Shown here: positions 1-10,013 of the stretch, in pieces
Position numbering within the stretch: the stretch's first letter is position 1
Layout: every line of letters starts with the position of its first letter
DNA from: Candidatus Eiseniibacteriota bacterium
GTDB taxonomy: Bacteria > Eisenbacteria > RBG-16-71-46
Direction: 5' to 3'
Assembly: GCA_963744995.1 (NCBI GenBank)
Contig: CAVUWA010000003.1
Span: 32,001 to 96,000, forward strand
DNA: 64,000 bases
Position numbers and translations under genes: made by a program
The notes under the pieces: generated by a model
Told to the model about the DNA's origin: nothing
Databases searched by the model: none
Seen by the model: only the letters and a program-made list of their open reading frames with translations

Positions 1-386
1 GTCGGGAACAGCGTGACGGTGCGCAGCACCCGGCGCAGCGAATCGTCGAACACGAACACGCCGAACAGCTCGCTGTCCGCGCCGTCGCCGGGACCGGCGC
101 CGCGCGCCAGCACCAGGTTCGCGCCCCCGCCGCCGCTCTCGCGACGGAACTCGAGGATCGAGACCCGGCGTGCATCGGGATTGCGCGATGCGAACGCGTC
201 TTCGAGCGCAATGATCATCGGATCGGCGCCGGTATCGGGTGCGGCTTCGGTCACGCTCACCCGCTCGCGACCGCCCGGCGCGCCGCCTGGCGCCTCGCGC
301 GCGGTCTCGCGGCTGCCGCATCCGGCCGCCGCGACGACGAGCAGGGTGCACAGAGCGTGCCTCAGGGACGGAGTTCGGGGTCGCAC
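1..386 (-). CDS. Hypothetical lipoprotein, runs off the window start
   Basis: Manual translation from GTG at 386 gives MRPRTPSLRHALCTLLVVAAAGCGSRE..., a lipobox-like AAAG-C; frame open to position 1. Not in the ORF track because there is no stop. Confidence 0.6.
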   Translation of the reverse strand, partial: MRPRTPSLRHALCTLLVVAAAGCGSRETAREAPGGAPGGRERVSVTEAAPDTGADPMIIALEDAFASRNPDARRVSILEFRRESGGGGANLVLARGAGPGDGADSELFGVFVFDDSLRRVLRTVTLFP

Positions 387-468
387 GGCGAGAAGCTAGC
401 CGCACTGCTCCGCCCGCCGCAAGTCGTGCGGTTTGACCGTCGCGGGGAGCGCGGCCAGTATTCGGTCC

Positions 469-1785
469 ATGGCTCAGCCGGATTGGGATCGCGTCCGCGA
501 GCACGGGCGCACGCTGCAGCGGGCGGCGCTCGAGGCGGCCGCGCCGGAACCCGCGGTCAGGCGCCTGCTGCGCTTCGATCACGGCACGCTGCACGCCGGC
601 CCGCACGCGCTGCCGCTCGAGGACGACGCGCGGGTGCGGATCGTGGCGTTCGGGAAGGCCTCCGCGGGCATGGCGCGCGGCGCGCTCGCGGCACTCGGCG
701 GGCGCGCGGACCGGGGCATCGTCGTCCACCCCCACGGTCTCGATCCCGGCGACGGCTGGCCGGCCGGGTTCCGTACGCTCGCAGCCGGGCACCCGATCCC
801 GGACGAGGGCAGCCTCACCGCGGGCGCAGCGGCGATCGAAACGCTCGCCGGCGCGAGCGCCGGCGACGTCGCGCTGGTCCTGATCTCGGGCGGCGGCTCG
901 GCACTGCTCGAGAGCCTGCGCGAGGGAGTCTCACTCGCGGACCTCCAGTCCATCACCCGCGCGCTGCAGCACGCCGGCGCGGACATCGTCGAGCTCAACA
1001 CCGTGCGCCGGGCGCTGTCGCGGGTGAAGGGCGGCGGTCTCGCCCGCCGGGCCCGGCCGGCGACCGTGGTGGCGCTGCTGCTCTCGGACGTCATGGGCGA
1101 CCGCCCGGAGGCCATCGCCTCGGGGCCGACCACGCCCTCGCCCACCGGACCCGCGGAAGCGCTCGCGATTCTCGAGGCGCGCGGCATCGCGCCGGCGCAC
1201 CGGCCGCTCTGCGCGGCGCTGCGCGCGGCCGACGCCGACCCGCCGCCTGCGGCACGGGTCTGGAACGTCATCGCCGGCTCCAACCGAATCGCGGCGGAGG
1301 CTGCGGCGACGGCCGCGCGCGGGCTGGGGTTCGCGGCGCTGGTCGTGACCGAGTACCTGCAGGGCGAGGCCCGCGACGCGGGCCGCGTCATCGGCGGCAT
1401 CGCGCGCACGGTGCGCGAGGCGGCGCTGCCCGCGCCGCCGCCGCTGTGCCTGGTGTTCGGTGGCGAGACGACGGTCACCGTGCACGGCGCCGGGCGCGGC
1501 GGCCGCAACCACGAGCTCGCCCTGGGCGCGGCGCTGGCGATGGACGGCGCCGCACGCATCGCGGTGTTCGCCTTCGGCACCGACGGGATCGACGGCGCCT
1601 CCGACGCCGCCGGCGCGTGGGCGAGCGGTGCGACGCTCGCGCGCGCGCGCGATCAGGGCCTGTCGGCGGCGGCCGCGCTCGAGGCGAACGACACCGACGC
1701 GTTCTTCCGCGCGCTCGGCGACCAGCTCGTGACCGGCGCCACCGGCACCAACGTCAATGACCTGGCCATCGCGCTGATCTACTGA
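469..1785 (+). CDS. MOFRL-family glycerate kinase (DUF4147 + MOFRL)
   Basis: Motifs FGKAS, GHPIPD, LISGGGSAL, LLSDVMGD, GGETTV, GRGGRN, TDGIDG, TGTNVND; ATG at 469. Confidence 0.93.
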   Translation: MAQPDWDRVREHGRTLQRAALEAAAPEPAVRRLLRFDHGTLHAGPHALPLEDDARVRIVAFGKASAGMARGALAALGGRADRGIVVHPHGLDPGDGWPAGFRTLAAGHPIPDEGSLTAGAAAIETLAGASAGDVALVLISGGGSALLESLREGVSLADLQSITRALQHAGADIVELNTVRRALSRVKGGGLARRARPATVVALLLSDVMGDRPEAIASGPTTPSPTGPAEALAILEARGIAPAHRPLCAALRAADADPPPAARVWNVIAGSNRIAAEAAATAARGLGFAALVVTEYLQGEARDAGRVIGGIARTVREAALPAPPPLCLVFGGETTVTVHGAGRGGRNHELALGAALAMDGAARIAVFAFGTDGIDGASDAAGAWASGATLARARDQGLSAAAALEANDTDAFFRALGDQLVTGATGTNVNDLAIALIY

Positions 1786-2645
1786 GCCCTGCGGCGGTCG
1801 GCCGCGCGCTCCGCGTCCCACTCCGCGAGCACCTCCAGCACGCCCTCGCGGAAGCCTGCGGGGCCGATCGCGCGCGTGAAACGCGCCCCCGGCAGGGCGT
1901 CACGGAGCGCCCGCGCGTGGCCGCCGCCGGGGCGCGCGACCACGATCGCCCGATCCGCCGCAGCCAGCAGTTCGAGGTCGTTGGCGCTGTCGCCCGCCGC
2001 CACGGTGCGCGGGCGGGCACGTCCTGCGGAGAGCCAGTCGCACAACGCCCGCGCCGCGCGCCCCTTGTCGTTGGCGCCGATCAGGTGATGAAAGCGGCCG
2101 CCGCGCGTCACCGCGAGGCCGTGCACCGCCGCCGCCGCCGCCAGCCGCAGCGCGATCTGATCCTCGTCCGCTCCGGCGGCCAGGAACGGCTCGTCGTACT
2201 CGCGGGCGAGACAGGCGTCGAGATCCCCGTCGTCGATGCCCGTGAGGCGGGCCACCTCTTCGCGGCGCATGTCGCCGAAGCCCGTGAGCGTGAGGCGCGT
2301 CGCCCGCGCGATCGCCGGCAGCGCCGCGCGCAGGCGCGGCCACGGCGTGCCGAACTCGAGGCGCCAGAGATCGTCCACGCGCTTCGCCGTGCCGGGCGGC
2401 GCCGGTCCCCAGCCGTCGGGCACGAACAGCGCGCCCCCGTTCTCGGCGATGAACGGGTCGCGGTTGCCGAGCCGCGCGCGCCAGCGCTCGATCTCCGCGC
2501 GGGTCTTGCTGCTCGCCATCACCAGCGGAATTCCGCGGGCGCGCAGCGCCTCCAGCGCGGGCGCCGCGGGACGCCAGTCGTAGTCCTCGTGCGCGAGCAG
2601 GGTACCGTCGAGGTCGGTGAACGCGATCGCGCCCGGCAGGTTCAT
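1779..2645 (-). CDS. gpgP: Glucosyl/mannosyl-3-phosphoglycerate phosphatase (HAD IIB)
   Basis: FTDLDGTLL, SSKTRAE, ENGG, REYDEPF, GGRFHH, GDSAND; ATGA overlap with the upstream synthase. Confidence 0.9.
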   Translation of the reverse strand: MNLPGAIAFTDLDGTLLAHEDYDWRPAAPALEALRARGIPLVMASSKTRAEIERWRARLGNRDPFIAENGGALFVPDGWGPAPPGTAKRVDDLWRLEFGTPWPRLRAALPAIARATRLTLTGFGDMRREEVARLTGIDDGDLDACLAREYDEPFLAAGADEDQIALRLAAAAAVHGLAVTRGGRFHHLIGANDKGRAARALCDWLSAGRARPRTVAAGDSANDLELLAAADRAIVVARPGGGHARALRDALPGARFTRAIGPAGFREGVLEVLAEWDAERAADRRRAQ

Positions 2646-3850
2646 GCGTTGTCCGCGTCGATGGCGTCCCGATAGCGGCTCAGGATGTCCGGCACCGCCG
2701 CCGTCACCCGGTTCCAGTTCGGCAGCCCCGGATAGTCGAGCGGTTCGCGCTCGAACTCCTCGCACGCGCGGGCGATGCCGCTGGTGAACACCTCGACCGC
2801 ACGGTTCTCGACGTGCCGATCGAAGCGCAGTCCGTTCACGACCGCGTCGTCGTGGTACTGGCGCACGGTGTCCTGTGCCGCTCGCAGGTAGGCGACCTTG
2901 AGCGTGGTGTAGAATCCCGAGCCGAACATGATGCCCTCCATCGCCAGCGTGCGCAGCAGCGACTTGCTGATGTCGCGCGCCATGCGGTTGAGGCCCGCCG
3001 AAGCGTCCTCGGGCGACAGCGGCTGATGCTTGTGATCGTAGGTGTCGGCGATGTCGATCTGGCAGACGCGCCTCACCGAGGTGTTGCGGTACACTTCGGC
3101 CAGCATGCCGACCTCGAGGCCCCAGTCACCGGGAATGCGCACCGAGCGCGCCAGCCCCTGCTCCATCGCGAACTCGCCGGCGAGCGGGTAGCGGAAGCTG
3201 TCGAGGTAGCGCAGGAACGGCACCGCGCCGACGAGCTGGATCAGCGAACGCACGATGGGGGTCACGAACAGACGCGTGACGCGCCCGTGCATCCGGTCGG
3301 TGATCCGGCTGTAGTAGCCCTTCGTGTATTCGTAGCCGAGGCTCGGATCGACCAGCGGGTAGCAGAGCCGTGCCAGCAGCATGCGATCATAGGTGACGAT
3401 GTCGCAGTCGTGGAGCGCGATCGAGCGCGCGTTTTCGCGCGCGAGCACGTCGCCGAGCGCGAGCCAGGTGGCGCGGCCCTTGCCGGGCGGGCCGATGTCG
3501 AGATCGTGCTCCTTGAGCAGGCGGATCATCGCCTGCACGCGCGGCCCCTCGATCCAGACGATCCGGCAGCGCCGGCCGAGCGGCGCGAAGAACCTGCGCG
3601 CCGCCTCGAAGCGTCGGTGATCGGCGCGTCCGAGCGAGACGACGATCTCGCTGATGTACGGGACCTCGGCGAGCCGTTGCACGATCGGGCCGAGCGCCGG
3701 GCCCTCCAGCTCCGTGATCAGGCAGGGCAGGATCAGCGCGATCGGATGATTCACGGCGTGTTCGTTCAGCCGCTCCTCGATCGCTTCGAGCGGCTGATCG
3801 CCGAGCTTGTGCAGCGTCGCGATGACGCCGTTCTGGAAGAAGTCTCCCAT
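2642..3850 (-). CDS. gpgS: Glucosyl-3-phosphoglycerate synthase
   Basis: MGDFFQNGVIATLH start, GKGR, HDCDI, KGYYSR, GRVTRL, FRYPLAGEF, DWGLEVG, YDHKHQ; adjacent to the phosphatase. Confidence 0.9.
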   Translation of the reverse strand: MGDFFQNGVIATLHKLGDQPLEAIEERLNEHAVNHPIALILPCLITELEGPALGPIVQRLAEVPYISEIVVSLGRADHRRFEAARRFFAPLGRRCRIVWIEGPRVQAMIRLLKEHDLDIGPPGKGRATWLALGDVLARENARSIALHDCDIVTYDRMLLARLCYPLVDPSLGYEYTKGYYSRITDRMHGRVTRLFVTPIVRSLIQLVGAVPFLRYLDSFRYPLAGEFAMEQGLARSVRIPGDWGLEVGMLAEVYRNTSVRRVCQIDIADTYDHKHQPLSPEDASAGLNRMARDISKSLLRTLAMEGIMFGSGFYTTLKVAYLRAAQDTVRQYHDDAVVNGLRFDRHVENRAVEVFTSGIARACEEFEREPLDYPGLPNWNRVTAAVPDILSRYRDAIDADNA

Positions 3851-3859
3851 GGCAGCCGC

Positions 3860-4564
3860 CTACAGGTGCGACAGCGTGTCGTGGTCCTCTTCGCGTGACT
3901 CGCGGGTCATGCGGTCGAGCGATTGCCGCGCCAGATCCTGGCCCGCCAGTCCGAACGCAAGGGCGCCCGCGAGCACGAAGCCGCCGAGCAGGATCGCCAG
4001 GACCACGAGGGCGATGTCGCGGCCGAAGCCGAGATTGTCGAGCGCGAGCGCCGCGAAGAACACGCCGAGCAGGAGTTGCACGCCGCCGGACAGCCAGCGC
4101 GCGCCGCGCACCCGGGCGTTCACCGCCCACAGCAGCACACTGCGCGCCACGAACGTGCTCACGGCCCAGCCGACCACGAAGATCAGCAGCGCCGCCACCA
4201 GCCGCGGCAGATAGTTGACCATCGAGCCGATCACGGCGTCGGTGGCCTCGGAGCTGAGAATCGACAGCGCCCCGACCAGCGTGAGGACCAGCACGACCCA
4301 GCGGCCGATCTGGCCGGCCATCACCGACGGCGTCTGCCAGAAACCCGCACGCCGCATGGAGTCGATCACGCCGGGCCGCCCGGCGATGCGGTCGAAGCCG
4401 ATCGCGCGCAGCACGCTGCGCACGAGGAGTTCGACCAGCCACGCGAGCAGCAGGCCGCCGCCGAGAACGATCAGTACGGCGAGCAGCACCGGCAACAGCT
4501 CGGCGCCGCGCTCGAGGAACCGCGTCAGCGGATCCCAGATGGACAGCGGAATGTTTGCGATCAT
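3860..4564 (-). CDS. Membrane protein with two conserved TM-helix repeats (CmpX / mechanosensitive-channel TM-like)
   Basis: Repeats LPVLLAVLIVLGGG and YLPRLVAALLIFVVGW; C-terminal ALAFGLAGQD; no soluble MscS domain. Confidence 0.75.
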   Translation of the reverse strand: MIANIPLSIWDPLTRFLERGAELLPVLLAVLIVLGGGLLLAWLVELLVRSVLRAIGFDRIAGRPGVIDSMRRAGFWQTPSVMAGQIGRWVVLVLTLVGALSILSSEATDAVIGSMVNYLPRLVAALLIFVVGWAVSTFVARSVLLWAVNARVRGARWLSGGVQLLLGVFFAALALDNLGFGRDIALVVLAILLGGFVLAGALAFGLAGQDLARQSLDRMTRESREEDHDTLSHL

Positions 4565-5844
4565 CAGGACCTCCCCGCCCGCCAGTGCTCGATGAGCTCC
4601 GGCTTCAGCACTTCGAAGCGCTCGCAGAGCGCGTCGAGTTCGGTTTCCACTTCGTTCGAGCCGTAGTCGCGCGCCTGATTGACCCAGGACGCGGTGCGGC
4701 CGAGATAAAGGGGTGTGAGGGACTTGAGCAGATGCTCCGCCGGCATGCGACGGCGATGGTATGCCGTGGCGTAGTCGAAGACAGTATGCACCCAGGCGTC
4801 CACCGGCATGTGGAACGACTCCGGTGGCTGGCCGGTCAGACCCGCGAGCGCCTGCTGCGTGGTGGGCCGCATGAATTGCCGCAGCAGCGGATCGAAGTCG
4901 CGCACGCCCTGCTCGAACGTGTGCACCATCCGGGCCACGTTGACGGGAATGGGTTCGAGCCCGACCTCGTACTTGAAACCGAACTCGGTCACCGGCGTGG
5001 AGCCCTTGACCCCCATCCAGAAGGACTCGTGCGCCTCGAGCTGCTGGAACAGCGAGCCGGTCACCTGCACCAGCATCGCGCTCAGGTCGGCGCCGGGATC
5101 CTTGGCGTCGTGGATCTTGGCGCCCAGGTACGACTGACAGATGCGAAAACCGCCCATCAGCGCGGTCGTCGTCATCCAGATGTCGATCCCGAAGCGCGCC
5201 ACGTCACTGTCCCACACGTCCTGCTTCAGGTAGTGCGTCGCGAGACGCCCCGAGAAGCCGAAGTCGCCGCCGATCGGCTGGCGGATCTGCTTGCCGTACA
5301 TGGAGCGCACGAGCGGATAGACGATCGAGTTGGTGATCGTGCCGTCGTACTTGTGGCGCGAGTAGAGCGGGCAGACGTAGTCGAAGTCCTCGTGCACGAT
5401 CGGTCCGAGCAGCAGTTCGATCCACTCGGGCGTGATGCTGCGCAGGTCGGAGTCCACCACCGCGCAGGCGCGCGCGCCGAGCCGGTGCGCCACCTCGAAC
5501 ACGGTGCGGAACGCGCTGCCCTTGCCGGGCAGGCCCTGGTAGGCGGTGATCACCTTGTGGAGCGTGCGCACGCGATGCGACACGAGGATCGTACGCCCGG
5601 TCTCGAACGCCGAGCCGGCGACCGCTTCCTGGGTGCCGTCCTTCGAGCCGCCATCGGAGTTGACCAGCACCGCCTTGCGCTCCGGGAAATACTTGGCGAG
5701 GCCGGCCGTGACCGCCTTCACCACGTGTCCGATGGTGCGCGCGTTGTTGAACGAGGGAATGCCGATCAGAATGTCGGTCGGCCCGATCGTCTCGATCTGC
5801 GCGCGTACGTCCTCCCTGAGGATCGTGGGATCGCGTTCCGCCAT
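4564..5844 (-). CDS. ggs: Glucosylglycerate synthase (single-step, MGS-like glycosyltransferase)
   Basis: IGIPSFNN, NSDGGSKDGT, GKGSA, DSDLRSI, RHKYDGTITN, RQPIGGDFG, FGIDIWMT, KIHDAKDP. Confidence 0.82.
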   Translation of the reverse strand: MAERDPTILREDVRAQIETIGPTDILIGIPSFNNARTIGHVVKAVTAGLAKYFPERKAVLVNSDGGSKDGTQEAVAGSAFETGRTILVSHRVRTLHKVITAYQGLPGKGSAFRTVFEVAHRLGARACAVVDSDLRSITPEWIELLLGPIVHEDFDYVCPLYSRHKYDGTITNSIVYPLVRSMYGKQIRQPIGGDFGFSGRLATHYLKQDVWDSDVARFGIDIWMTTTALMGGFRICQSYLGAKIHDAKDPGADLSAMLVQVTGSLFQQLEAHESFWMGVKGSTPVTEFGFKYEVGLEPIPVNVARMVHTFEQGVRDFDPLLRQFMRPTTQQALAGLTGQPPESFHMPVDAWVHTVFDYATAYHRRRMPAEHLLKSLTPLYLGRTASWVNQARDYGSNEVETELDALCERFEVLKPELIEHWRAGRS

Positions 5845-6920
5845 CAGTGACCTCCCCCGTCCGGTTCGAGTCGCGCCTCGGTTTCACCGTCGAACCAGTG
5901 GAGCCGGTCCGGCGGCCACGCCATCCACAGCTTCTCGGGCCAGTCGCGCGGCGCCGCCAGGGCGCGCGCCGTCTCGCCGCCCACCTCCAGCGTGAGCAGC
6001 GTACGTGCGCCGAGCGGCTCCGCCAGCCGCCGCCGCACCTCGAGGCCGCCACGCAGAGGCTGATCCGACACCACCACGTCCTCGGGACGGATCCCCACCG
6101 CGAGCCGCGCGCCGCCACCGAGACCGTCCGGCACCGGCACCTGCACGCCGTTCGCCCGCAGCTCGCCGCCCTCGCGCCGGCCGTGCCACACCGTCATGCG
6201 CGGGCCGCCCACGAAACTCGCCACGAACAGCGTCGCGGGCCGTGCGTACAGCTCGAGCGGGCGCGCGTGCTGGAGGATGCGCCCCCGGCGCATCACCGCC
6301 ACATGGTCCGACAGGCTCATGGCCTCCGCCTGGTCGTGGGTCACGTAGATCACCGTCGCGCCGACGCTCCCGAACAGCGCCTTGAGCTCGGTGCGCATGT
6401 CCTCGCGCAGCAGAGCATCGAGGTTCGAGAGCGGTTCGTCGAGCAGGTACAGGCGCGGGCGCCGCACCAGCGCGCGGCCGAGTGCCACGCGCTGCTGCTG
6501 CCCGCCCGAGAGCTGCGCCGGGCGGCGGCCGAGCAGCTCGCCGATGCCCAGCGTGGCCGCCGTCTCGCGCACACGGCGCTCGCGCTCGTCGCGTGCCACG
6601 CCGCGCACTTCCAGCGCGAGACCCAGATTCCCGGCCACCGTGAGGTGCGGGTACAGCGCGTAGTTCTGGAACACGAAGCCGACGTCGCGGGCGCCCGGCG
6701 GCCGTTCGTCGAAGCGCTCGCCGTCGAGCTCCAGGCGGCCGGCCGTCGCGTGCTCGAGCCCGGCAAGGATGCGCAGCAGCGTGGACTTGCCGCATCCCGA
6801 AGGTCCGAGCAGGGTCAGCACCTCACCGGGCATCGCGTCGAACGACACGTCGTCGAGCGCTCGCGTGCCGTCGTCGAAGACCTTGGTGATGCCGATCGCG
6901 CGCAACGGTCCGCTCGTCAT
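5844..6920 (-). CDS. Carbohydrate ABC transporter ATP-binding protein (MalK-like)
   Basis: GPSGCGKST, FQNYALYPH, LSGGQQQR, DEPLSNLD, YVTHDQ; ATG at 6920 (the 616-aa ORF is over-extended). Confidence 0.93.
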   Translation of the reverse strand: MTSGPLRAIGITKVFDDGTRALDDVSFDAMPGEVLTLLGPSGCGKSTLLRILAGLEHATAGRLELDGERFDERPPGARDVGFVFQNYALYPHLTVAGNLGLALEVRGVARDERERRVRETAATLGIGELLGRRPAQLSGGQQQRVALGRALVRRPRLYLLDEPLSNLDALLREDMRTELKALFGSVGATVIYVTHDQAEAMSLSDHVAVMRRGRILQHARPLELYARPATLFVASFVGGPRMTVWHGRREGGELRANGVQVPVPDGLGGGARLAVGIRPEDVVVSDQPLRGGLEVRRRLAEPLGARTLLTLEVGGETARALAAPRDWPEKLWMAWPPDRLHWFDGETEARLEPDGGGH

Positions 6921-7762
6921 CCCTTGATCGCTCCCCGCGTCAGGCCCGACGCGATGCGGCGCTCGAACAGCAGCACCAGGAACATCAGCGGCAGCGTCGC
7001 CACCACGATCGCGGCCGACAACTGGCCCCACGGGATCTCGAACAGCGAGGCGCTGCCCACGCTCGCGATCCCGGCGGTGACGGTCTTGCTGCCCTCGCGC
7101 GTCATGAAAGTCAGCGCGAGCATGAACTCGTTCCAGCAGAAGATGAACACGAGAATCGCCGCGGTGACCACCGAGGGCATCGCCAGCGGCAGATGGATGC
7201 GGGCGAGCCGCGCGGGCGGCTTCAACCCGTCGAGCTGCGCCGCTTCGTCGATCTCGCGCGGCAGTCCGCGGAACGCGCTCTCCAGCACCCAGACGGCCAG
7301 CGGCAGGTTGAGCGCCGCGTACGGGAGCACCAGCGCCAGCGGATGGTTGATCCAGCCCAGCGCCCGCACGCCCTCGTAGAGCGGGAACAGCAGCAGGATC
7401 GGCGGGAACAGCGAAACGAACAGCAGCGCGAGCAGCACGGGGACGCGCCCCTTGCCCGGCATGCGCGCGAGCGCCGCTGCCGCCAGCGCAGCCACCCCGA
7501 CGCACAGCAGCGTCGCCCACGCCGAGATCCAGGCGCTGTTCGCGAGGAAGGTGCCGAACGGCAGCCGTTCGAACAGGCGTGTGACGTGCTCGAGCGTCGG
7601 CGGATGCGGCAGGTACACGGTGGGCACCTTCGTGATCTGTGCGTCCGGCTTGATCGCGGTCAAGGCCTGCCAGAGCGCCGGCCCGAGCGACCATGCCGCC
7701 ATCAGCAGGACGCCGATCGCGTATGGCCAGGCGCGGCCGTGCGGACGCGGGCGCGCGCTCAC
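6917..7762 (-). CDS. Carbohydrate ABC transporter permease (MalG-like)
   Basis: EAA loop (EIDEAAQLDG), FIFCWNEF; GTGA overlap start at 7762. Confidence 0.9.
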   Translation of the reverse strand: MSARPRPHGRAWPYAIGVLLMAAWSLGPALWQALTAIKPDAQITKVPTVYLPHPPTLEHVTRLFERLPFGTFLANSAWISAWATLLCVGVAALAAAALARMPGKGRVPVLLALLFVSLFPPILLLFPLYEGVRALGWINHPLALVLPYAALNLPLAVWVLESAFRGLPREIDEAAQLDGLKPPARLARIHLPLAMPSVVTAAILVFIFCWNEFMLALTFMTREGSKTVTAGIASVGSASLFEIPWGQLSAAIVVATLPLMFLVLLFERRIASGLTRGAIKG

Positions 7763-8643
7763 GTCGCGGTCCCCGGGCGGCGCGCGATCCGCAGCACGAT
7801 CAGCACCAGCGCGATGACGATGATGACACCCTGCACCGCGATCGCCGAGCCGTAGCCGAAGTCGAGGTAGCGGAAGTAGTTCTGGTAGGCATACAGCGAC
7901 ACCGTCTCGGTAGCGCCGCCCGGCCCGCCGCCGGTCATCACGTAGACGAGGTCGAACGCGCCGTAGGCCTGGACCATGCGGAACGCCAGCGCGACGATCA
8001 GCGAGGGCGCGAGCAGCGGCAGCACGACCCGGGTGAGCCGCTGCCGTGCGCCGAGACCGTCCACGCGCGCCGCCTCGAGGACGCTCTCGGGAATCGACTG
8101 CAGTCCGGCCAGCACGATCAGCGTCACGAATGGAGTCGTCTTCCAGACGTCGGCGACCACCATCGCGAACATCGCGGTGCCGCCCTGTCCGAGCCACGCC
8201 ACCGGCCCCTTCAAGATTCCGATCTTCTGCAGCAGATCGTTCGCGACCCCGAACGAGTCGTTGAAGATCCACGACCACGCCAGCGCCATCACCGCGGTCG
8301 GCAGCGCCCACGGCAGCACGACGATCGCGCGCGCGAGGCCACGCCCGCGGAACGTGCGGTGGAGCAGGAGCGCGAACGCGACGCCGAGCACCATCTCGGC
8401 GGCCAGCGAGCTCCCCGTGAACACCGCCGTGTTGGAGAGCGCGGTCCACCAGCGCCCGTCCTGCCAGAGCCGCGCGTAGGCGGCGAACCCGGCCGGCACC
8501 AGATGGAACCCCTGGGCGAGATCGCTGCGCATGAAGCTCAGCGCGATCACCCGCACGATCGGCACGATCACGATCACGCCGAGCAGCACGGCGGCCGGCA
8601 GCAGCGAGACCACGCGCTCGCGCGTCCACACCCGCGCCCTCAT
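7759..8643 (-). CDS. Carbohydrate ABC transporter permease (MalF-like)
   Basis: LPWALPT, DVWKTTPF, EAARVDG, TGGGPG; ATG at 8643 overlaps the stop of the binding protein. Confidence 0.9.
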   Translation of the reverse strand: MRARVWTRERVVSLLPAAVLLGVIVIVPIVRVIALSFMRSDLAQGFHLVPAGFAAYARLWQDGRWWTALSNTAVFTGSSLAAEMVLGVAFALLLHRTFRGRGLARAIVVLPWALPTAVMALAWSWIFNDSFGVANDLLQKIGILKGPVAWLGQGGTAMFAMVVADVWKTTPFVTLIVLAGLQSIPESVLEAARVDGLGARQRLTRVVLPLLAPSLIVALAFRMVQAYGAFDLVYVMTGGGPGGATETVSLYAYQNYFRYLDFGYGSAIAVQGVIIVIALVLIVLRIARRPGTAT

Positions 8644-9939
8644 GGCGCCTGCTCCTTGCCGAGCATCAGGCGCGTCTCGCGCGCCGCAGCGGCGAGCGCC
8701 GCGGCCGGCGTCTCCGCGCCCGACAGGGCCGCGCTCAGGCGCCGCTGCAGGATGTCCGACGCCAGCGCGTAGCGCGCGACGATCGGGCGCGGCACCGCCT
8801 GCGCATGGATCGCGAGCAGCTTCGCCAGGAACGGGTTCGCCCGCAGCAGCTCGGGATCCTCGTACGCCGCCTTGAGCGCCGGCGCGTATCCGGCCGGCCC
8901 GCACAGCAGCGCGCTGGCCCTCCATGCCCGGTCGCGTAGCGGATGAATGCCACCGCGAGCTCGGGGTGCCGGCTGTAGGCCGACACGCCCGAGGCCCCAG
9001 CCACCCAGCGTTCCCGCGCGCTCGCCCGCCCGGCGCGGCCACCATCGGCATCACGCCCACGCGGCCCCTCAGCGGCGAATCCTCGCGTTGTGAGAGCCGC
9101 CATGCGTAGGGCCAGTTGCGCAGGAACACCGCACGGCCATCCTGAAACAGGCGCCGGCTCTCCTCCTCCTGGTAGGTGGTCACCCCCGGTGGGCTGATCG
9201 GGCGACTGCCGGTGCAGGTGCCGGCGAGAAACTCGAGCGCCCTGCGCGCCTCGGGGCGGTCGAGCCCGACTTCGAGCGTGCCCGGGTGGATCCAGAAGCC
9301 GCCGAAGCCGTTCAGCACCTCGAGGAAGTCGCACACCAGCCCTTCGTACTGCTTGCCCTGCCAGACGTAGCCCCAGCGCGCGGGCGGGTCCTCGAGCTGC
9401 CGTGCGATGCGTGTGAGATCCGCGAACGTCGCCGGTGGGTCGAGTCCCGCGGCCTGGAGCCAGTCCTTCCGGTAGTAGAGCAGGCCGACGTCGGTGCGTA
9501 CCGGAATCCGGTAGAGGTGGCCGCGATAGACGCCGGCCTCGAGCGCCGCGTCGAGAAAGCGCGCGCGCTGCACGCGCGTATCGAAGTCGTCATCGAGCGG
9601 CCTCAGCCAGCCGGCGGCGGCGAACTTCGGCGTCCACGTGACGTCCATGTAGACGAGGTCGAAGGACGGATCGCCGGCGAGCAGCGACGCCGTGTAGAGG
9701 TTCTCGCGCAGGTCCGTGGCGTGCGGGCCTTCGACGAGATCCACGCGCACCCCGGGATGTTCGCGCTCGAAGCCCTCGGCGATCGGCACCCAGAAGGGCC
9801 GCTCACCGGGCTGCATCATCACCGCGAGCCTCGTGCCGCCGTTCTCCGCGCCGCGCGACGAGGACTGGCAGGCCGCGACCGGCACGAGCAGGAGGACCGC
9901 GGCCGCGATCCGCGCGAACGCACGCCCCGCCCGCATCAC
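8640..9939 (-). CDS. Sugar ABC transporter solute-binding lipoprotein (apparent frameshifts)
   Basis: Lipobox VAAC, DVTWTPKFA, LYYRKD, QGKQYEGL, FLRNWPY. The C-terminus (GTLGGWGLGVS...PRP...SDILQ) is recovered only by removing four single-base insertions between about 8910 and 9020; TGA at 8640. Confidence 0.82.
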
Positions 9940-10013
9940 GATGCCTTCTTGCGTGGGAGCCGCGTCAATGCACCGGGACCGTAACCGGCGCCCCCGGCAT
10001 GGTCAAACCCGGG

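Noticed and set aside
7759..9939. 726-aa binding-protein/permease fusion
   Set aside because: Produced by frameshifts; the permease has its own ATG overlapping the true binding-protein stop.
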